DNA of 64,000 nucleotides from Candidatus Woesearchaeota archaeon (GTDB lineage Archaea; Nanobdellota; Nanobdellia; SCGC-AAA011-G17; UBA489), in NCBI GenBank assembly GCA_964622835.1, contig CAZUSA010000001.1, positions 223,468 to 287,467 of the forward strand, given 5' to 3'. The position numbers were made by a program, and so were the translations under genes. Positions 39,993-50,358 of the stretch are shown here, one piece after another. The notes below the pieces were generated by a model. The model searched no databases. It was not told where the DNA came from and saw only the letters and a list, made by a program, of their open reading frames with translations. The stretch's first letter is position 1; every line of letters begins with the position of its first letter.

Positions 39993-40733
39993 CTATTTCT
40001 TTTGAAAGATTGCTATAAGTGAGAGGCCTATTGTTTTTCTAAGAATATATTTTTCAAAGAGTTTAAAGAGCGGGATGCATGTATCTAATAATCCCATTGC
40101 TCCTGTACTTACTGTTCCTTTTTTTAGAACAGTTCCATTAAGAAACCATCCAAAGATAGAGAAGAAATTAAAATGAAACATCTTTACAACAGACATACCA
40201 ACTCTTTTTTCTAAGTGTTTAATATCTTTTTTGTGATATCGTTTAAAGTGCAATACTGCTTTGTCAAGTTCATTATACAATACAGAATATGCTGGAACAA
40301 GAATAATTATTTTTCCATTTTTTCTGAGTAACTCTTTCATGTTCTCCATTGCAAAGACCTCATCTTTTACATGTTCTAATACATTCAAACATACAATGGT
40401 ATCAAAAGAGTTTTTCTTGAATTTCTTAAAGTCTGCTGCCCTTCCAAGGTCAAGAGATGTTACTTTCACATTTTTTTGCGTAAATTTCTTCTTTAAACGT
40501 GAAACATAATTCTTAGAAATATCTGTTAAGACAACCTTTTTTGTTTTTTTATGGTGCAATATTCGTTGTGAAATGGTTCCAAGTCCACTACCAACTTCAA
40601 GAACGTCACCTTGTACGTCATCAGCGATTTCTTCAAACATCCAGTCATTGAAGCGATCATATTGGCCTACAATTTCTAGGTTTTCTTCTCCATCTTGCAT
40701 AAATGAAAAAAGATCAAAGCAGTTTAAAAGCAT
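39993..40733 (-). CDS. class I SAM-dependent methyltransferase
   Basis: Motif I VLEVGSGLGTIS; motif post-I VVLTDIS. Confidence 0.65.
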   Translation of the reverse strand: MLLNCFDLFSFMQDGEENLEIVGQYDRFNDWMFEEIADDVQGDVLEVGSGLGTISQRILHHKKTKKVVLTDISKNYVSRLKKKFTQKNVKVTSLDLGRAADFKKFKKNSFDTIVCLNVLEHVKDEVFAMENMKELLRKNGKIIILVPAYSVLYNELDKAVLHFKRYHKKDIKHLEKRVGMSVVKMFHFNFFSIFGWFLNGTVLKKGTVSTGAMGLLDTCIPLFKLFEKYILRKTIGLSLIAIFQKK

Positions 40734-40773
40734 ATCTAGAAGCCTTTAAAAGGAGTCTTGATAAAATTCTGGT

Positions 40774-41871
40774 ATGAAAATTGCCTTTACAACAGATTAT
40801 AGTTTTCCATCGAAATGTGGCGTGTGGAACGTTGTGTATCAGACAGCAAAGCAATTAATTAAAAGAGGACATGAAGTCCATATATTTTCGAGTAATACTA
40901 TTAAAGGAACAAATCAAAAGTCTTCATTATTTGAAGTCCATGAAAAAATAACATATCATCGATTCCCTGTTTTAGGTAAGATTGGTGAAAATGGACAAAT
41001 ATGGAATTTTAAGAAAGCATTAATCAATGTGCAACCAGATATTATTCATGCTCATGCGTATAGACATTTTCATGCTAATCTTGTTCCTAAGATTGCTAAG
41101 AACTTAAATATTCCTTGTTATTTAACAACACATGCACCATTCCCTGGTAAGAATATTAGAACATCTAAAACACAAAAGCTTGTGGATCTTTTTGATAAAT
41201 ATATTGGGAAAAAATTACTTAATAGTTATTCCAAGGTGTTTGCAATATCCCAATGGGAAATTCCTCTCCTAAAAAGTATTGGTTGTGAAGAAAGTAATAT
41301 TGTTTTTTTACCGAATGGTTATCCACAGGAATTATTTGATCTTAAAACGTCGTTTAAAAAAAAGGCAGTGTATCTTGGAAGAATTTCTGCGGTAAAGAGT
41401 TTAGAAACATTTCTTGCTGCTGCAAAGGAATTACCTGATTGGTCATTTACTATTCATGGTTCAAAAGAAGGTTCATATGAATTAACAGAGTGCCCAAAAA
41501 ATGTTACAATTACAGTAAAACCTTTTGATTTGAAGGAAGAAAAGAAAATTTTAGAAAAAAATGCAGTGTTTATTCTTCCGAGCGTAACAGAAGCTGTTCC
41601 TTTAGCGCTACTTGAGGCTATGGCAGCAGGATTAGTGTGTATTAGCTCTAAAACACGCGGTGGTATGGAATTACTAACTGAAGGAAAGACAGGATTATTA
41701 TTCCCTATTGGTAACAGTGATGCATTAGTTCGAGCTATAGACAAAGTAAATGCTACAAAATGGAAAAGCATTACAAGTGCTGCAAAAAAATCCGTAAAGG
41801 ATCGTTCATGGGAAGATCTTGTTGAAAAGGTTGAAAGAAATTACATAAAAGATCTTATTTTAATACGTTAA
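40774..41871 (+). CDS. glycosyltransferase family 4 (GT-B)
   Basis: EAVPLALLEAMAAGLVCISSKTRGGMELLTEGKTGLLF is the GT4 signature. Confidence 0.75.
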   Translation: MKIAFTTDYSFPSKCGVWNVVYQTAKQLIKRGHEVHIFSSNTIKGTNQKSSLFEVHEKITYHRFPVLGKIGENGQIWNFKKALINVQPDIIHAHAYRHFHANLVPKIAKNLNIPCYLTTHAPFPGKNIRTSKTQKLVDLFDKYIGKKLLNSYSKVFAISQWEIPLLKSIGCEESNIVFLPNGYPQELFDLKTSFKKKAVYLGRISAVKSLETFLAAAKELPDWSFTIHGSKEGSYELTECPKNVTITVKPFDLKEEKKILEKNAVFILPSVTEAVPLALLEAMAAGLVCISSKTRGGMELLTEGKTGLLFPIGNSDALVRAIDKVNATKWKSITSAAKKSVKDRSWEDLVEKVERNYIKDLILIR

Positions 41872-43498
41872 GTGATATTTTTTCTTCTGAATTGTTCTTT
41901 TCTTTAGCTGGTTGTATAACAGTTAATTCTTCTTGCTCTGGCTGTTCTTTATCAGGCATATCATAAGCATATTCTTCAATGTGTGATTTGTTAAAGAAAC
42001 TAATGTGTTTAAAGGAGAGAAAGTTTTTTGCCATTTTTGTTATGAAGTGGAGATTATTAGTATCGCGTAAATGATAAAATAACCAAGGAAGGGAATAGAA
42101 TGGATTGGTCATGGAGCGTATTTTTCTTCGAATAAAATTTTTTTGTGCTTTTACTTGCATTTTTTGGAGTTCTTCTCCGGTAAAATGGTGTGTATCATAC
42201 GTTGGATTGATAAGATTACTTTGCTGGTTGCCTCTGAGGAGTCCTTCTTTCTTAAATTTATCATACAGTGGTGTGCCAGCATACGGTTGGGCTACGTAGA
42301 AGAGGGAAAAATCCAATCCAGAATCATTTGCAAAATCTATGGTTTCTTGTATGTCTTCTTTTGTTTCATCCGGGAACCCAATGAGAAACGTAGAGACGGT
42401 AAAAATACCAAGTTTTTTACATGCAGTAATAATTTTTTTACAGTGATCATAGTCTATGGGTTTGTGGATGTATTGGTCCATTGTTTTTTTACATCCTGTT
42501 TCTATACCAAATGATGCACGATGATAGCCTGATTTAGCCATTTTTTTGAGTAAGGGTTCATCAAGAGTCCATATAGCAATGCCGTTGGGTGTGTCCCATT
42601 TAAAGTCAAGACCACGTGCTACAATGTCATCACAGATATCTGCAACACGTTTTGTATCTAAAGAAAAATTGTCATCTTGAATGCGTATGTGTTTAACACC
42701 GTATTCTTTAACAAGGTGTTCCATTTCGTCAACAACAAGTTTTGCTGATCGTGTTCGCCAAACACGTTTCCATACAGTAAATATTGAACAAAAAGAACAT
42801 TTTTGGGGACATCCCCGACTTGTGATCATATCTGTTGCAGGCCCTTTACCAATACCCACATCATTCAAAGGATGTTTAAGATATTTTTCCATGGGTAACA
42901 AATGTCGAGCAGGCATAGGTAATTCATCAAGTGACCAAATAAATGGTCGTTCTTCATTCTTTTTCACTTTTCCTTTTGCGTCAAGTAGTATAGTTCCTTC
43001 AATCTTGTTAAGTGCAGATTTCTTTTTGTTTTTTGCAAATGTTTGTACAATTTCTCTGAAAGTATATTCTGCTTCTCCATGAACAATAACATCAACGTCT
43101 TTGTTAGCAAGAACGCTTTCAGGTGATGCTGAAGAATGGGCCCCACCAAAAACAACAAGTGTTTCAGGAAATATTTTTTTAACAATACGTGCTACGTCAA
43201 AACTGTCTTGTTCATACATTGAATATGAACAGTTAATACCTACAACATCTGGTCGAAATACTTTGAGTTCTTGTTCAATACCAATTGCAGAAGTTCCAAC
43301 ACGATAGGTGTCATCACTAACACGTTGAACGATATGATAATCTGCTAAACAATCAAGAATTCTAACAGAAAAGTCTGCTTCTTCAAGGACAGCTCCAAGA
43401 TAGGCTAATCCTAACGGGACTTTGGTATTTGTGATACCAGCCTTGAGGCTACCAGTAAGGGGACTGCCTATGAGCATAACTCTTGTTTGTGCGGCCAT
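41855..43498 (-). CDS. B12-binding radical SAM enzyme, paralog 3
   Basis: MITSRGCPQKCSFCS radical SAM motif; full-length paralog of 20679..22223. Confidence 0.75.
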   Translation of the reverse strand: MAAQTRVMLIGSPLTGSLKAGITNTKVPLGLAYLGAVLEEADFSVRILDCLADYHIVQRVSDDTYRVGTSAIGIEQELKVFRPDVVGINCSYSMYEQDSFDVARIVKKIFPETLVVFGGAHSSASPESVLANKDVDVIVHGEAEYTFREIVQTFAKNKKKSALNKIEGTILLDAKGKVKKNEERPFIWSLDELPMPARHLLPMEKYLKHPLNDVGIGKGPATDMITSRGCPQKCSFCSIFTVWKRVWRTRSAKLVVDEMEHLVKEYGVKHIRIQDDNFSLDTKRVADICDDIVARGLDFKWDTPNGIAIWTLDEPLLKKMAKSGYHRASFGIETGCKKTMDQYIHKPIDYDHCKKIITACKKLGIFTVSTFLIGFPDETKEDIQETIDFANDSGLDFSLFYVAQPYAGTPLYDKFKKEGLLRGNQQSNLINPTYDTHHFTGEELQKMQVKAQKNFIRRKIRSMTNPFYSLPWLFYHLRDTNNLHFITKMAKNFLSFKHISFFNKSHIEEYAYDMPDKEQPEQEELTVIQPAKEKNNSEEKISLNVLK

Positions 43499-43556
43499 CA
43501 GAGGACACTAAAAAGATAGATTATAAACCTTTCCCGAGCACAATCCTTTTAAGACG

Positions 43557-45197
43557 ATGGAAGAGGGGTTCTCCGTGAAAAAAAACGAACAAAAAATATT
43601 TGAGCAAAAAAAGGCAAAGATTCGAAAGAAGATAGAAGAGATATACCAACAACGAGAACGATATCTTCTTTGGATATTATTTATAGGTGTTGTATTGTTT
43701 AAGGGATATTATTTTTTCAAAACATTAGATCAAGCAGTATGGTGGGATGAAGGAGATTATCTTGCTGTTGGCAAAGAATTGTTCCAGGGTGGTGCACGTC
43801 CAGAGTGGTGGTCACATTTCACAGTTATTCGGCCATTATTAATGCCGGTAACATGGGGATTTTTGTTTTTCTTACATTCTCCTGAGTGGTTAGTGAAAAT
43901 GATTACATTACTCATTCCAAGTATTTTGAGTGTTTTTTTATTATATAAAATCGGCAAGGATATGTACAATAGTCAAGTTGGTTTTATTGCTGCCATTATG
44001 TTGGCTGTACAATGGGTGCATAATTTTTACACACAAAGATTGTTAACGGACATTCCTGCAATGTTTTTAGGTTTACTTGCTGTATATTTCTTTTGGTCAA
44101 AATACATTAAAGAAAAAGAAGCAAAAGGATTATATCTTGCTGTTATTTTTGGCGTATTGGCGTTTACTGCAAGATTCCCTTTGGCATTGGTGCTAATCAC
44201 AATCTTCTTATTTTTATTACTAACAAAACAAAAAGAATTCTTTAAAGATAAAGTAGTAGGAAAGAGTATGTTGTGGGGAGCTGCTGTTCTTTCACCGTAT
44301 ATCATTTATTTTATTGTTACAAAGTTCCAATTGTTTAACTTTTATTTTGGCGATGAAGCCGTGTCCATGAAGACCCCCATAAGTAGTGCTTTTAATACCA
44401 TTATGCCAATTATCCCTCAGTTATTAGAGAGTATATGGTTTTGGGGATTTATTCTGGGCATACTCACATTATACAAATTAGTTATCGGATTGGATGTTGT
44501 TCTCAAGCAAAAAACAAAGAAATTAAATGCTGATTTATTTATTGTATTATTTACGTCCATACATCTTTTATTTTATGTGGTTATTTTACGAGCTGCCAAT
44601 GATCGATGGTTGTTAATGTTGCTTCCACCACTCTTTTTGTTAAGTGCGCGTGGTATAACTTCCATATCTGATTTTGTTAAAGAAAAGAGTAAACTGTTAG
44701 CGTTAGGCATTATTGTTGTATTCCTTATTATGGGAGCTTCTCAACAGATTGAACATACAAATACTTTGACACTTTCAAAAATTAATTCATATCAAGAAGA
44801 AAAGCTTGCAGGATTATGGTTGAAAGAAAACACACCAGAAGATGCAGCAGTTATTGTGGCATCAATTGTACAGAACCAATATTATTCAGAAAGACAGAGT
44901 TATGATTTTTATAGCAAAGTTACTCCTCATTCTGATTGTTATGACATTTATGGTAAATTGATAGAAACGGATGAATGTTTTGCAAAGACAGAGGAATCAT
45001 TTAGAAAGAAAATAAAGGATATTGATGCGGATTACATGATCATCCATGTATTTGAACCGGTCTTTACACCCCCATGGATTTATAGTTACCCAGATAGACA
45101 CCCTGGTGAAGTAGAATTAGTAAAATATTATAATCAAGGTAATAATCTTGTTTTAGCTATTTACAAGTTCAATAAAGATTCAGCGGTTTTTAGCTAG
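43557..45197 (+). CDS. GT-C fold glycosyltransferase (ArnT/PMT-like)
   Basis: Polytopic, with WWDEGDY in the first loop (GT-C DE/DD motif). Confidence 0.6.
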   Translation: MEEGFSVKKNEQKIFEQKKAKIRKKIEEIYQQRERYLLWILFIGVVLFKGYYFFKTLDQAVWWDEGDYLAVGKELFQGGARPEWWSHFTVIRPLLMPVTWGFLFFLHSPEWLVKMITLLIPSILSVFLLYKIGKDMYNSQVGFIAAIMLAVQWVHNFYTQRLLTDIPAMFLGLLAVYFFWSKYIKEKEAKGLYLAVIFGVLAFTARFPLALVLITIFLFLLLTKQKEFFKDKVVGKSMLWGAAVLSPYIIYFIVTKFQLFNFYFGDEAVSMKTPISSAFNTIMPIIPQLLESIWFWGFILGILTLYKLVIGLDVVLKQKTKKLNADLFIVLFTSIHLLFYVVILRAANDRWLLMLLPPLFLLSARGITSISDFVKEKSKLLALGIIVVFLIMGASQQIEHTNTLTLSKINSYQEEKLAGLWLKENTPEDAAVIVASIVQNQYYSERQSYDFYSKVTPHSDCYDIYGKLIETDECFAKTEESFRKKIKDIDADYMIIHVFEPVFTPPWIYSYPDRHPGEVELVKYYNQGNNLVLAIYKFNKDSAVFS

Positions 45198-45914
45198 CAC
45201 TTCTATATTGTAGAATCCAACCATAGGTAGTTTAAACAGGTTACGTAGGAAAAAGAGGAAGGGGTGTCGTTCATAGATTTGTCCTGCTTTTTTTGGTGAA
45301 AGCAGGTGTAACTTAATAAGTAATCGTAAGAAAAGATCTATGACGGGATGTTTAAAGAGTGTACAACGAACATCAACAATAGAAAATCCTTTACGTGCAA
45401 TAATATTTTGAAATACTTGTGAAGAAGCGTATTCACGGTAGTGTGTAGGATCACTAACAAAGACACCATCTTTGCGATAGATCCAAATGCCCCATGGTTT
45501 TTTTACAACAGAAGAGACATAAAATAATCCATCTTTTTTGAGGACACGTTGTACTTCTGTAAGGAAAGGTTGTTCATCAGGAATATGTTCAATAACTTGG
45601 TTTGAAAGAAGCACGTCAAAAGTGTTATCTTTTGCAGGAATTTTTTCTGCATGTCCCTTTATGATGGGCACTTTCTGCGATGCACGATCATGCCGTATAA
45701 GAGACGGTTCAATACCAAGTATTTCTTTCTTTGTAAGAAGATCTAAAAAAAGTATTTGATGAAGAATATTTGCATCGCCACAACCCACATCTGCAAGCAA
45801 GATTGATTGTTTTTTTTCTTTGGCTAATGCTATTGCTTTTTTTATAAGAGAAGGTACAAGTCCTGGTTCATAAAAATTTACATGTTCCTGGGAGTAGTCA
45901 TCGAACGATTTCAT
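45180..45914 (-). CDS. class I SAM-dependent methyltransferase
   Basis: LLADVGCGDANIL motif I; start set at the internal Met (MKSFDDY) to avoid overlap with divergent rfbF; the ORF-track N-terminal extension is rejected. Confidence 0.6.
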   Translation of the reverse strand: MKSFDDYSQEHVNFYEPGLVPSLIKKAIALAKEKKQSILLADVGCGDANILHQILFLDLLTKKEILGIEPSLIRHDRASQKVPIIKGHAEKIPAKDNTFDVLLSNQVIEHIPDEQPFLTEVQRVLKKDGLFYVSSVVKKPWGIWIYRKDGVFVSDPTHYREYASSQVFQNIIARKGFSIVDVRCTLFKHPVIDLFLRLLIKLHLLSPKKAGQIYERHPFLFFLRNLFKLPMVGFYNIEVLAKNR

Positions 45915-46017
45915 CAAAAAATCTAAGAAAAAGTGCCATTTAAATACTTTTTCAGAAAAGAAAGAAAAACAACCGAAATGATTATAAAACTCAAAAAAAT
46001 CGGAAAAAAAGGTAAAA

Positions 46018-46722
46018 ATGAAAGTTGTTATTTTTTGCGGTGGAGCGGGAACGCGTTTAAAAGAGATGACAGAAGACCTTCCAAAGCCGTTAATACAAGT
46101 CGGTGGAAAGCCTGTGCTATGGCACATTATGAAAGTTTACCAAGCAAGAGGGTTTAATGAGTTTGTTCTTTGCTTAGGATATAAAGGTGATAAAATCAAG
46201 GAATATTTTGAGAAAAATCCTGAAAATGAGTTTAAGATTGATTTTGTTAATACAGGTGATGCAACAACACCAAAGTCAGAACGATTACAAAAAATTAAAG
46301 AATATATTACTGAAGAAAACTTTTTGTTAGCATATGGTGATGATCTCAGTGATGTAGACATTAATGAAGTTATAAAAAATCATACTGAATCAAAAAATAC
46401 AGTAACCATTACAGTGATAAATCCGCGGTCAGATTTTGGTGTCGTAAAAATTGATGATGCAAACAAAGTAACTGGTTTCGAAGAAAAACCAAGATTAAAA
46501 AATGCATGGATCAGTGGTGGATATGCTGTAGTGAACAAAGATATTTTTAATTATTTAAGTTTGGGCGAGTTAGAAAACGAAGTGTATAAAAAATTAGTTG
46601 AAGAAAATAAGTTGGGTGTGTTTAAGCATGAAGGATTTTGGAAAACAATGAATACATTTAAAGACCATTGTGAACTTGAAGAAATGTGGAAGAACAATGA
46701 TGTTCCCTGGAGAATTAAATGA
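46018..46722 (+). CDS. rfbF: glucose-1-phosphate cytidylyltransferase
   Basis: MKVVIFCGGAGTRLKEMTEDLPKPLIQVGGKPVLWHIMKVY is near-identical in pattern to the RfbF N-terminus. Confidence 0.8.
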   Translation: MKVVIFCGGAGTRLKEMTEDLPKPLIQVGGKPVLWHIMKVYQARGFNEFVLCLGYKGDKIKEYFEKNPENEFKIDFVNTGDATTPKSERLQKIKEYITEENFLLAYGDDLSDVDINEVIKNHTESKNTVTITVINPRSDFGVVKIDDANKVTGFEEKPRLKNAWISGGYAVVNKDIFNYLSLGELENEVYKKLVEENKLGVFKHEGFWKTMNTFKDHCELEEMWKNNDVPWRIK

Positions 46723-47690
46723 GTAACTTTTGGGAAGGAAAAAACGTTTTTGTAACAGGCTGTACAGGACTTATGGGTAGTTGGATTACTAAAGAACTTG
46801 TAGAACAAAACGCAAAAGTTACTGGTTTAGTAAGGGATCAAATTCCCGAAACAAATTTTAAAACATTTCAATTAGATAAAAAAATTAACATTGTTTCTGG
46901 TGACATTGAAGATTATAATACTCTTAGAAGAGCGCTTGCAGAGTATGAAATTGACACAGTATTCCATTTAGCTGCACAGCCTATTGTAGGCATTGCTTTC
47001 AAGGACCCTATGGGGACATTCAAAGCAAATATCATGGGAACAGCCAATGTTTTAGAAGCTTGTCGCCAATCTAATGTAGAACGTGTGGCTATTGCATCAA
47101 GTGATAAAGCATATGGTGAACACAGTGAATTACCCTATACAGAAGAGTTTAGTTTAAATGGGAGGTACCCTTATGATGCTTCTAAGTCTTGTGCTGATAT
47201 TCTTAGTCAAACCTATTACAAAACATATGGATTACCAGTTGCAATTACACGGTGTGGTAATACGTATGGTGGTGGAGACTTAAACTTTAATAGAATTATT
47301 CCTGAAACGATAAAGAGTATTTTACATGAAAAAAATCCTATTATCCGTAGTGACGGAAAGTTTGTTCGTGAATACTTTTACATTAAAGATGTGGTAACAG
47401 CATACTTACAGCTTGCAGAAAATTTACACAGACCTGAGGTAAAAGGTGAAGCATTTAATTTTGGCTCAGAGGAACCAGTAACAGTTGTAGAATTAGTAAA
47501 AAAAATATTAGAAATTTCAGGAAAACAACATTTAAACATGGAAATTTTAAACAGTGCAAAAGCTGAAATTACAAAACAGTATTTGAGTGCCGAAAAAGCA
47601 AAGAGTATTTTGGGATGGAAGCCTGAATTTACATTGGATGTTGGATTAAAAGAGACGTATGATTGGTATAAGAATTACTTTAATAAGTGA
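46719..47690 (+). CDS. rfbG: CDP-glucose 4,6-dehydratase
   Basis: MSNFWEGKNVFVTGCTGLMGSW matches the RfbG N-terminus (FWQGKRVFVTGHTGFKGSW); SDR extended family. Confidence 0.75.
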   Translation: MSNFWEGKNVFVTGCTGLMGSWITKELVEQNAKVTGLVRDQIPETNFKTFQLDKKINIVSGDIEDYNTLRRALAEYEIDTVFHLAAQPIVGIAFKDPMGTFKANIMGTANVLEACRQSNVERVAIASSDKAYGEHSELPYTEEFSLNGRYPYDASKSCADILSQTYYKTYGLPVAITRCGNTYGGGDLNFNRIIPETIKSILHEKNPIIRSDGKFVREYFYIKDVVTAYLQLAENLHRPEVKGEAFNFGSEEPVTVVELVKKILEISGKQHLNMEILNSAKAEITKQYLSAEKAKSILGWKPEFTLDVGLKETYDWYKNYFNK

Positions 47691-48640
47691 AGTATTGTTT
47701 TATAGGAATAGACACTAAAAACGCCAAAGCAAGCAAAGGGATGAAAGATCCATGCTGATGAAGGTTTTCTAATAAATCCACGTATTGCTTCAAGACAGGG
47801 CACAATAAAGGTAAGGAAAAGAAGTGAAATTACAAAGAGTCGAAGAGGAGAAGCATTGTAGGGGTATTCTAGGGTTATTTCTTTGTTAAGTCTTCTATCC
47901 ACCCGACGTATCTTTTTTATAAAAAAATCTGAAACATTTTTAAGATCGTGTTTTAAACCTACAGGGACTTTACCAAAGGTGTCAAAACCTCCAACAACGA
48001 GTCTATTAACAATATCTGTGTGTATAAATGGCGTGTATGTTATTTTTTTAAGTCTGTCTTTTCTTACAAAAAAACCATTTGATCCCATTGCAGGAACGTT
48101 ACCTGGCATGAGTGTTATTTTTCTGTGTGTTTTATATATTTTTTCTATGTGCGGTAGTCCTGTCCATTTTCCTGTAATATAACACATCCTATCATAAATG
48201 CCTAAGTGAATTGCATAAGGATCATCGCCACTGAGAAGTGCACAGTAGCGTGTTATGAGATTGTCTTTTTTTGTTGCAGTAAAGAAGAGTGTGTCTGTTG
48301 CAGTGATTGTTGTATCTTTGAAAGGAACAACAATTTTTTTAAGAAATTGTTTATCAGAAATAATATTATCTGCGTCAATAAATCCAATGATGGTTCCTTT
48401 TGCTTTGTTGATACCTACAACGCGTCCATATTCTTCAACTTTCTTTTTATTTTTACAGAGAATAACGGGATATTTTTTTACTATTGAAAGAGTGTTATCT
48501 GTACTGCCACCGTCAACAATGAGTACTTCAAGTTTTTTTCGTGGATAGTCTTGTGAAAAGATACCCTCTAAACATTGTTGAATGGTTCGTTCATTGTTAT
48601 ATGTCGGCAAGACAATACTAACAGTGGGTTGTTGAGCCAT
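47675..48640 (-). CDS. glycosyltransferase family 2
   Basis: VSIVLPTYNNERTIQQCL...VLIVDGGSTDNT...FIDADN. Confidence 0.7.
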   Translation of the reverse strand: MAQQPTVSIVLPTYNNERTIQQCLEGIFSQDYPRKKLEVLIVDGGSTDNTLSIVKKYPVILCKNKKKVEEYGRVVGINKAKGTIIGFIDADNIISDKQFLKKIVVPFKDTTITATDTLFFTATKKDNLITRYCALLSGDDPYAIHLGIYDRMCYITGKWTGLPHIEKIYKTHRKITLMPGNVPAMGSNGFFVRKDRLKKITYTPFIHTDIVNRLVVGGFDTFGKVPVGLKHDLKNVSDFFIKKIRRVDRRLNKEITLEYPYNASPLRLFVISLLFLTFIVPCLEAIRGFIRKPSSAWIFHPFACFGVFSVYSYKTILHLLK

Positions 48641-48641
48641 T

Positions 48642-49658
48642 TTATTCTATCTCCAAGGCTTCTGCTGGGTTAAATGTCTTGTCCAGACTTTTATTACGTA
48701 GGATACCTGCAAACACACCATACGCATAGGTCATATGTGTTGCAATTAAGAGGAATAATACAGGGATAAAGTAAGCAAATGATTTTGTTTTTGCAGCCGT
48801 AAAAATAGAATAAAGAGCATAAAGTGCAAGGACTACAAAATAAAACGTTTTGAAAGAGTTATGAAGCATAAACGTTAAAGGCCCAAGAAGGACACCAACG
48901 TAAAATATAAGAGGTAAAAAGTAAACAAGCTTGCGAGATGTTTCTGGAAATTTTCTTGAAAAATACCCTCTGTATAAGGACCACATGTAGGTTTGTCGTA
49001 GGTGATCTTGGTATGTTTTTCTTCGATGGTGATAAACAATAACGTTAGGATCATAGACCATTTTTTTCTTGAGTTTTTGTGTAAGATCATAACAAAGTTT
49101 GGTATCTTCTCCACCCCAATAATAAGTGTTAAATCCTTTGATACTTTCAAAGTCTTTTTTTCGAACAAGAAGATTACATGTAGGATAATCTACGATATAT
49201 TGGAATTTATCTTTTGTATACACATATTTTTGCGAGCCTGCTCCAAGTGCATAAACAAATCCTGAAACCATTTGTTTAAACGTACTTTCTTTTGGTGCTA
49301 ATTGTGGCCCAGCAACTGCACAAATATCTGGATTTTCGAAGTAGGGTATTGCATGATCCAACCAGTCTGCAACAGGATAAGCATCATCATCAATAAATGC
49401 TACAATATCACCGCGTGCTGCTTGTGCACCAACGTTTCTTTTTGTTGCAGGGTTAACACGGTCAACTTTGAGAATGGTAGTATTAGGAAAAGTATATGTT
49501 TCTTTTGCTTCTGATACAATAATAATTTCAAAGTTTTTATAGGACAAATCAAGAAGTTTTGGAATGTGATCTAAGACGTATTGTCCTATTTTTCGTACGG
49601 GAATAACAATTGAAAAAAAAGGTTCATTCGATGTTTTAGTTTGTGTGTTTTTTGTCAT
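48642..49658 (-). CDS. glycosyltransferase family 2 (with C-terminal TMs)
   Basis: FSIVIPVRK...EIIIVSE...IVAFIDDDAYP. Confidence 0.7.
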   Translation of the reverse strand: MTKNTQTKTSNEPFFSIVIPVRKIGQYVLDHIPKLLDLSYKNFEIIIVSEAKETYTFPNTTILKVDRVNPATKRNVGAQAARGDIVAFIDDDAYPVADWLDHAIPYFENPDICAVAGPQLAPKESTFKQMVSGFVYALGAGSQKYVYTKDKFQYIVDYPTCNLLVRKKDFESIKGFNTYYWGGEDTKLCYDLTQKLKKKMVYDPNVIVYHHRRKTYQDHLRQTYMWSLYRGYFSRKFPETSRKLVYFLPLIFYVGVLLGPLTFMLHNSFKTFYFVVLALYALYSIFTAAKTKSFAYFIPVLFLLIATHMTYAYGVFAGILRNKSLDKTFNPAEALEIE

Positions 49659-50358
49659 AATATCGAAGGATATGGAGCCTGTAGGCTATAGCCAGGGTAT
49701 CAACGAACATATAGTAGATCTCTTTTAAGTTTATCCCTGTGCCACTGAATTTATAGGTAAGAGATATTGGTGCTTCATATATCTTGTATCCTTGTTTATG
49801 CGCATTAAGTAAAAGCTCTAAATCAAAGGCATATTTTTTGATGGCAACGCGTGGTAGTACATTATCTAATACTTCTTTCTTAAAGAGTTTTAATCCTGAT
49901 TGTGTATCTTGTAATCGTAAGCCGAGTAAAAAAAAGACGAGAATGTGGTATCCAAAGCTAAAGAATTTACGAAACCACGGGTAATGCACATTTGATTGAT
50001 GATGACGTTTGTTACCAATAACAACATCTGCATTGGTTAGATGTTTTGCAAAGTGTTTTATTTGGTCTGGATGAAGGTCTAAATCTGCATCAATAAAGGT
50101 TACTGCATCTCCTGTAACAAAAGTGTATCCATATTTTAGTGCATGTCCTTTTCCTTTGTTTTTTTTATATCCTACGACGCGTAAATATTTTGAGCGTATT
50201 TTTTTTGCTTCTGCAAGACAGTTGTTTGTTGATCCATCATCAACGAGTATAATTTCGTAGTGCTTAAAATTACTACTTATACTTTTTATCATTTCTTGCA
50301 TGTTTGCATAAATATTTGTTTCGTTGTACATGGGTACAACAACAGAAAGTTTATTCAT
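49636..50358 (-). CDS. glycosyltransferase family 2 (DPM1-like polyprenyl-phosphate sugar synthase)
   Basis: LSVVVPMYNET...ILVDDGSTNN...GKGHAL...FIDADLDLHPDQI. Confidence 0.7.
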   Translation of the reverse strand: MNKLSVVVPMYNETNIYANMQEMIKSISSNFKHYEIILVDDGSTNNCLAEAKKIRSKYLRVVGYKKNKGKGHALKYGYTFVTGDAVTFIDADLDLHPDQIKHFAKHLTNADVVIGNKRHHQSNVHYPWFRKFFSFGYHILVFFLLGLRLQDTQSGLKLFKKEVLDNVLPRVAIKKYAFDLELLLNAHKQGYKIYEAPISLTYKFSGTGINLKEIYYMFVDTLAIAYRLHILRYYDKKHTN

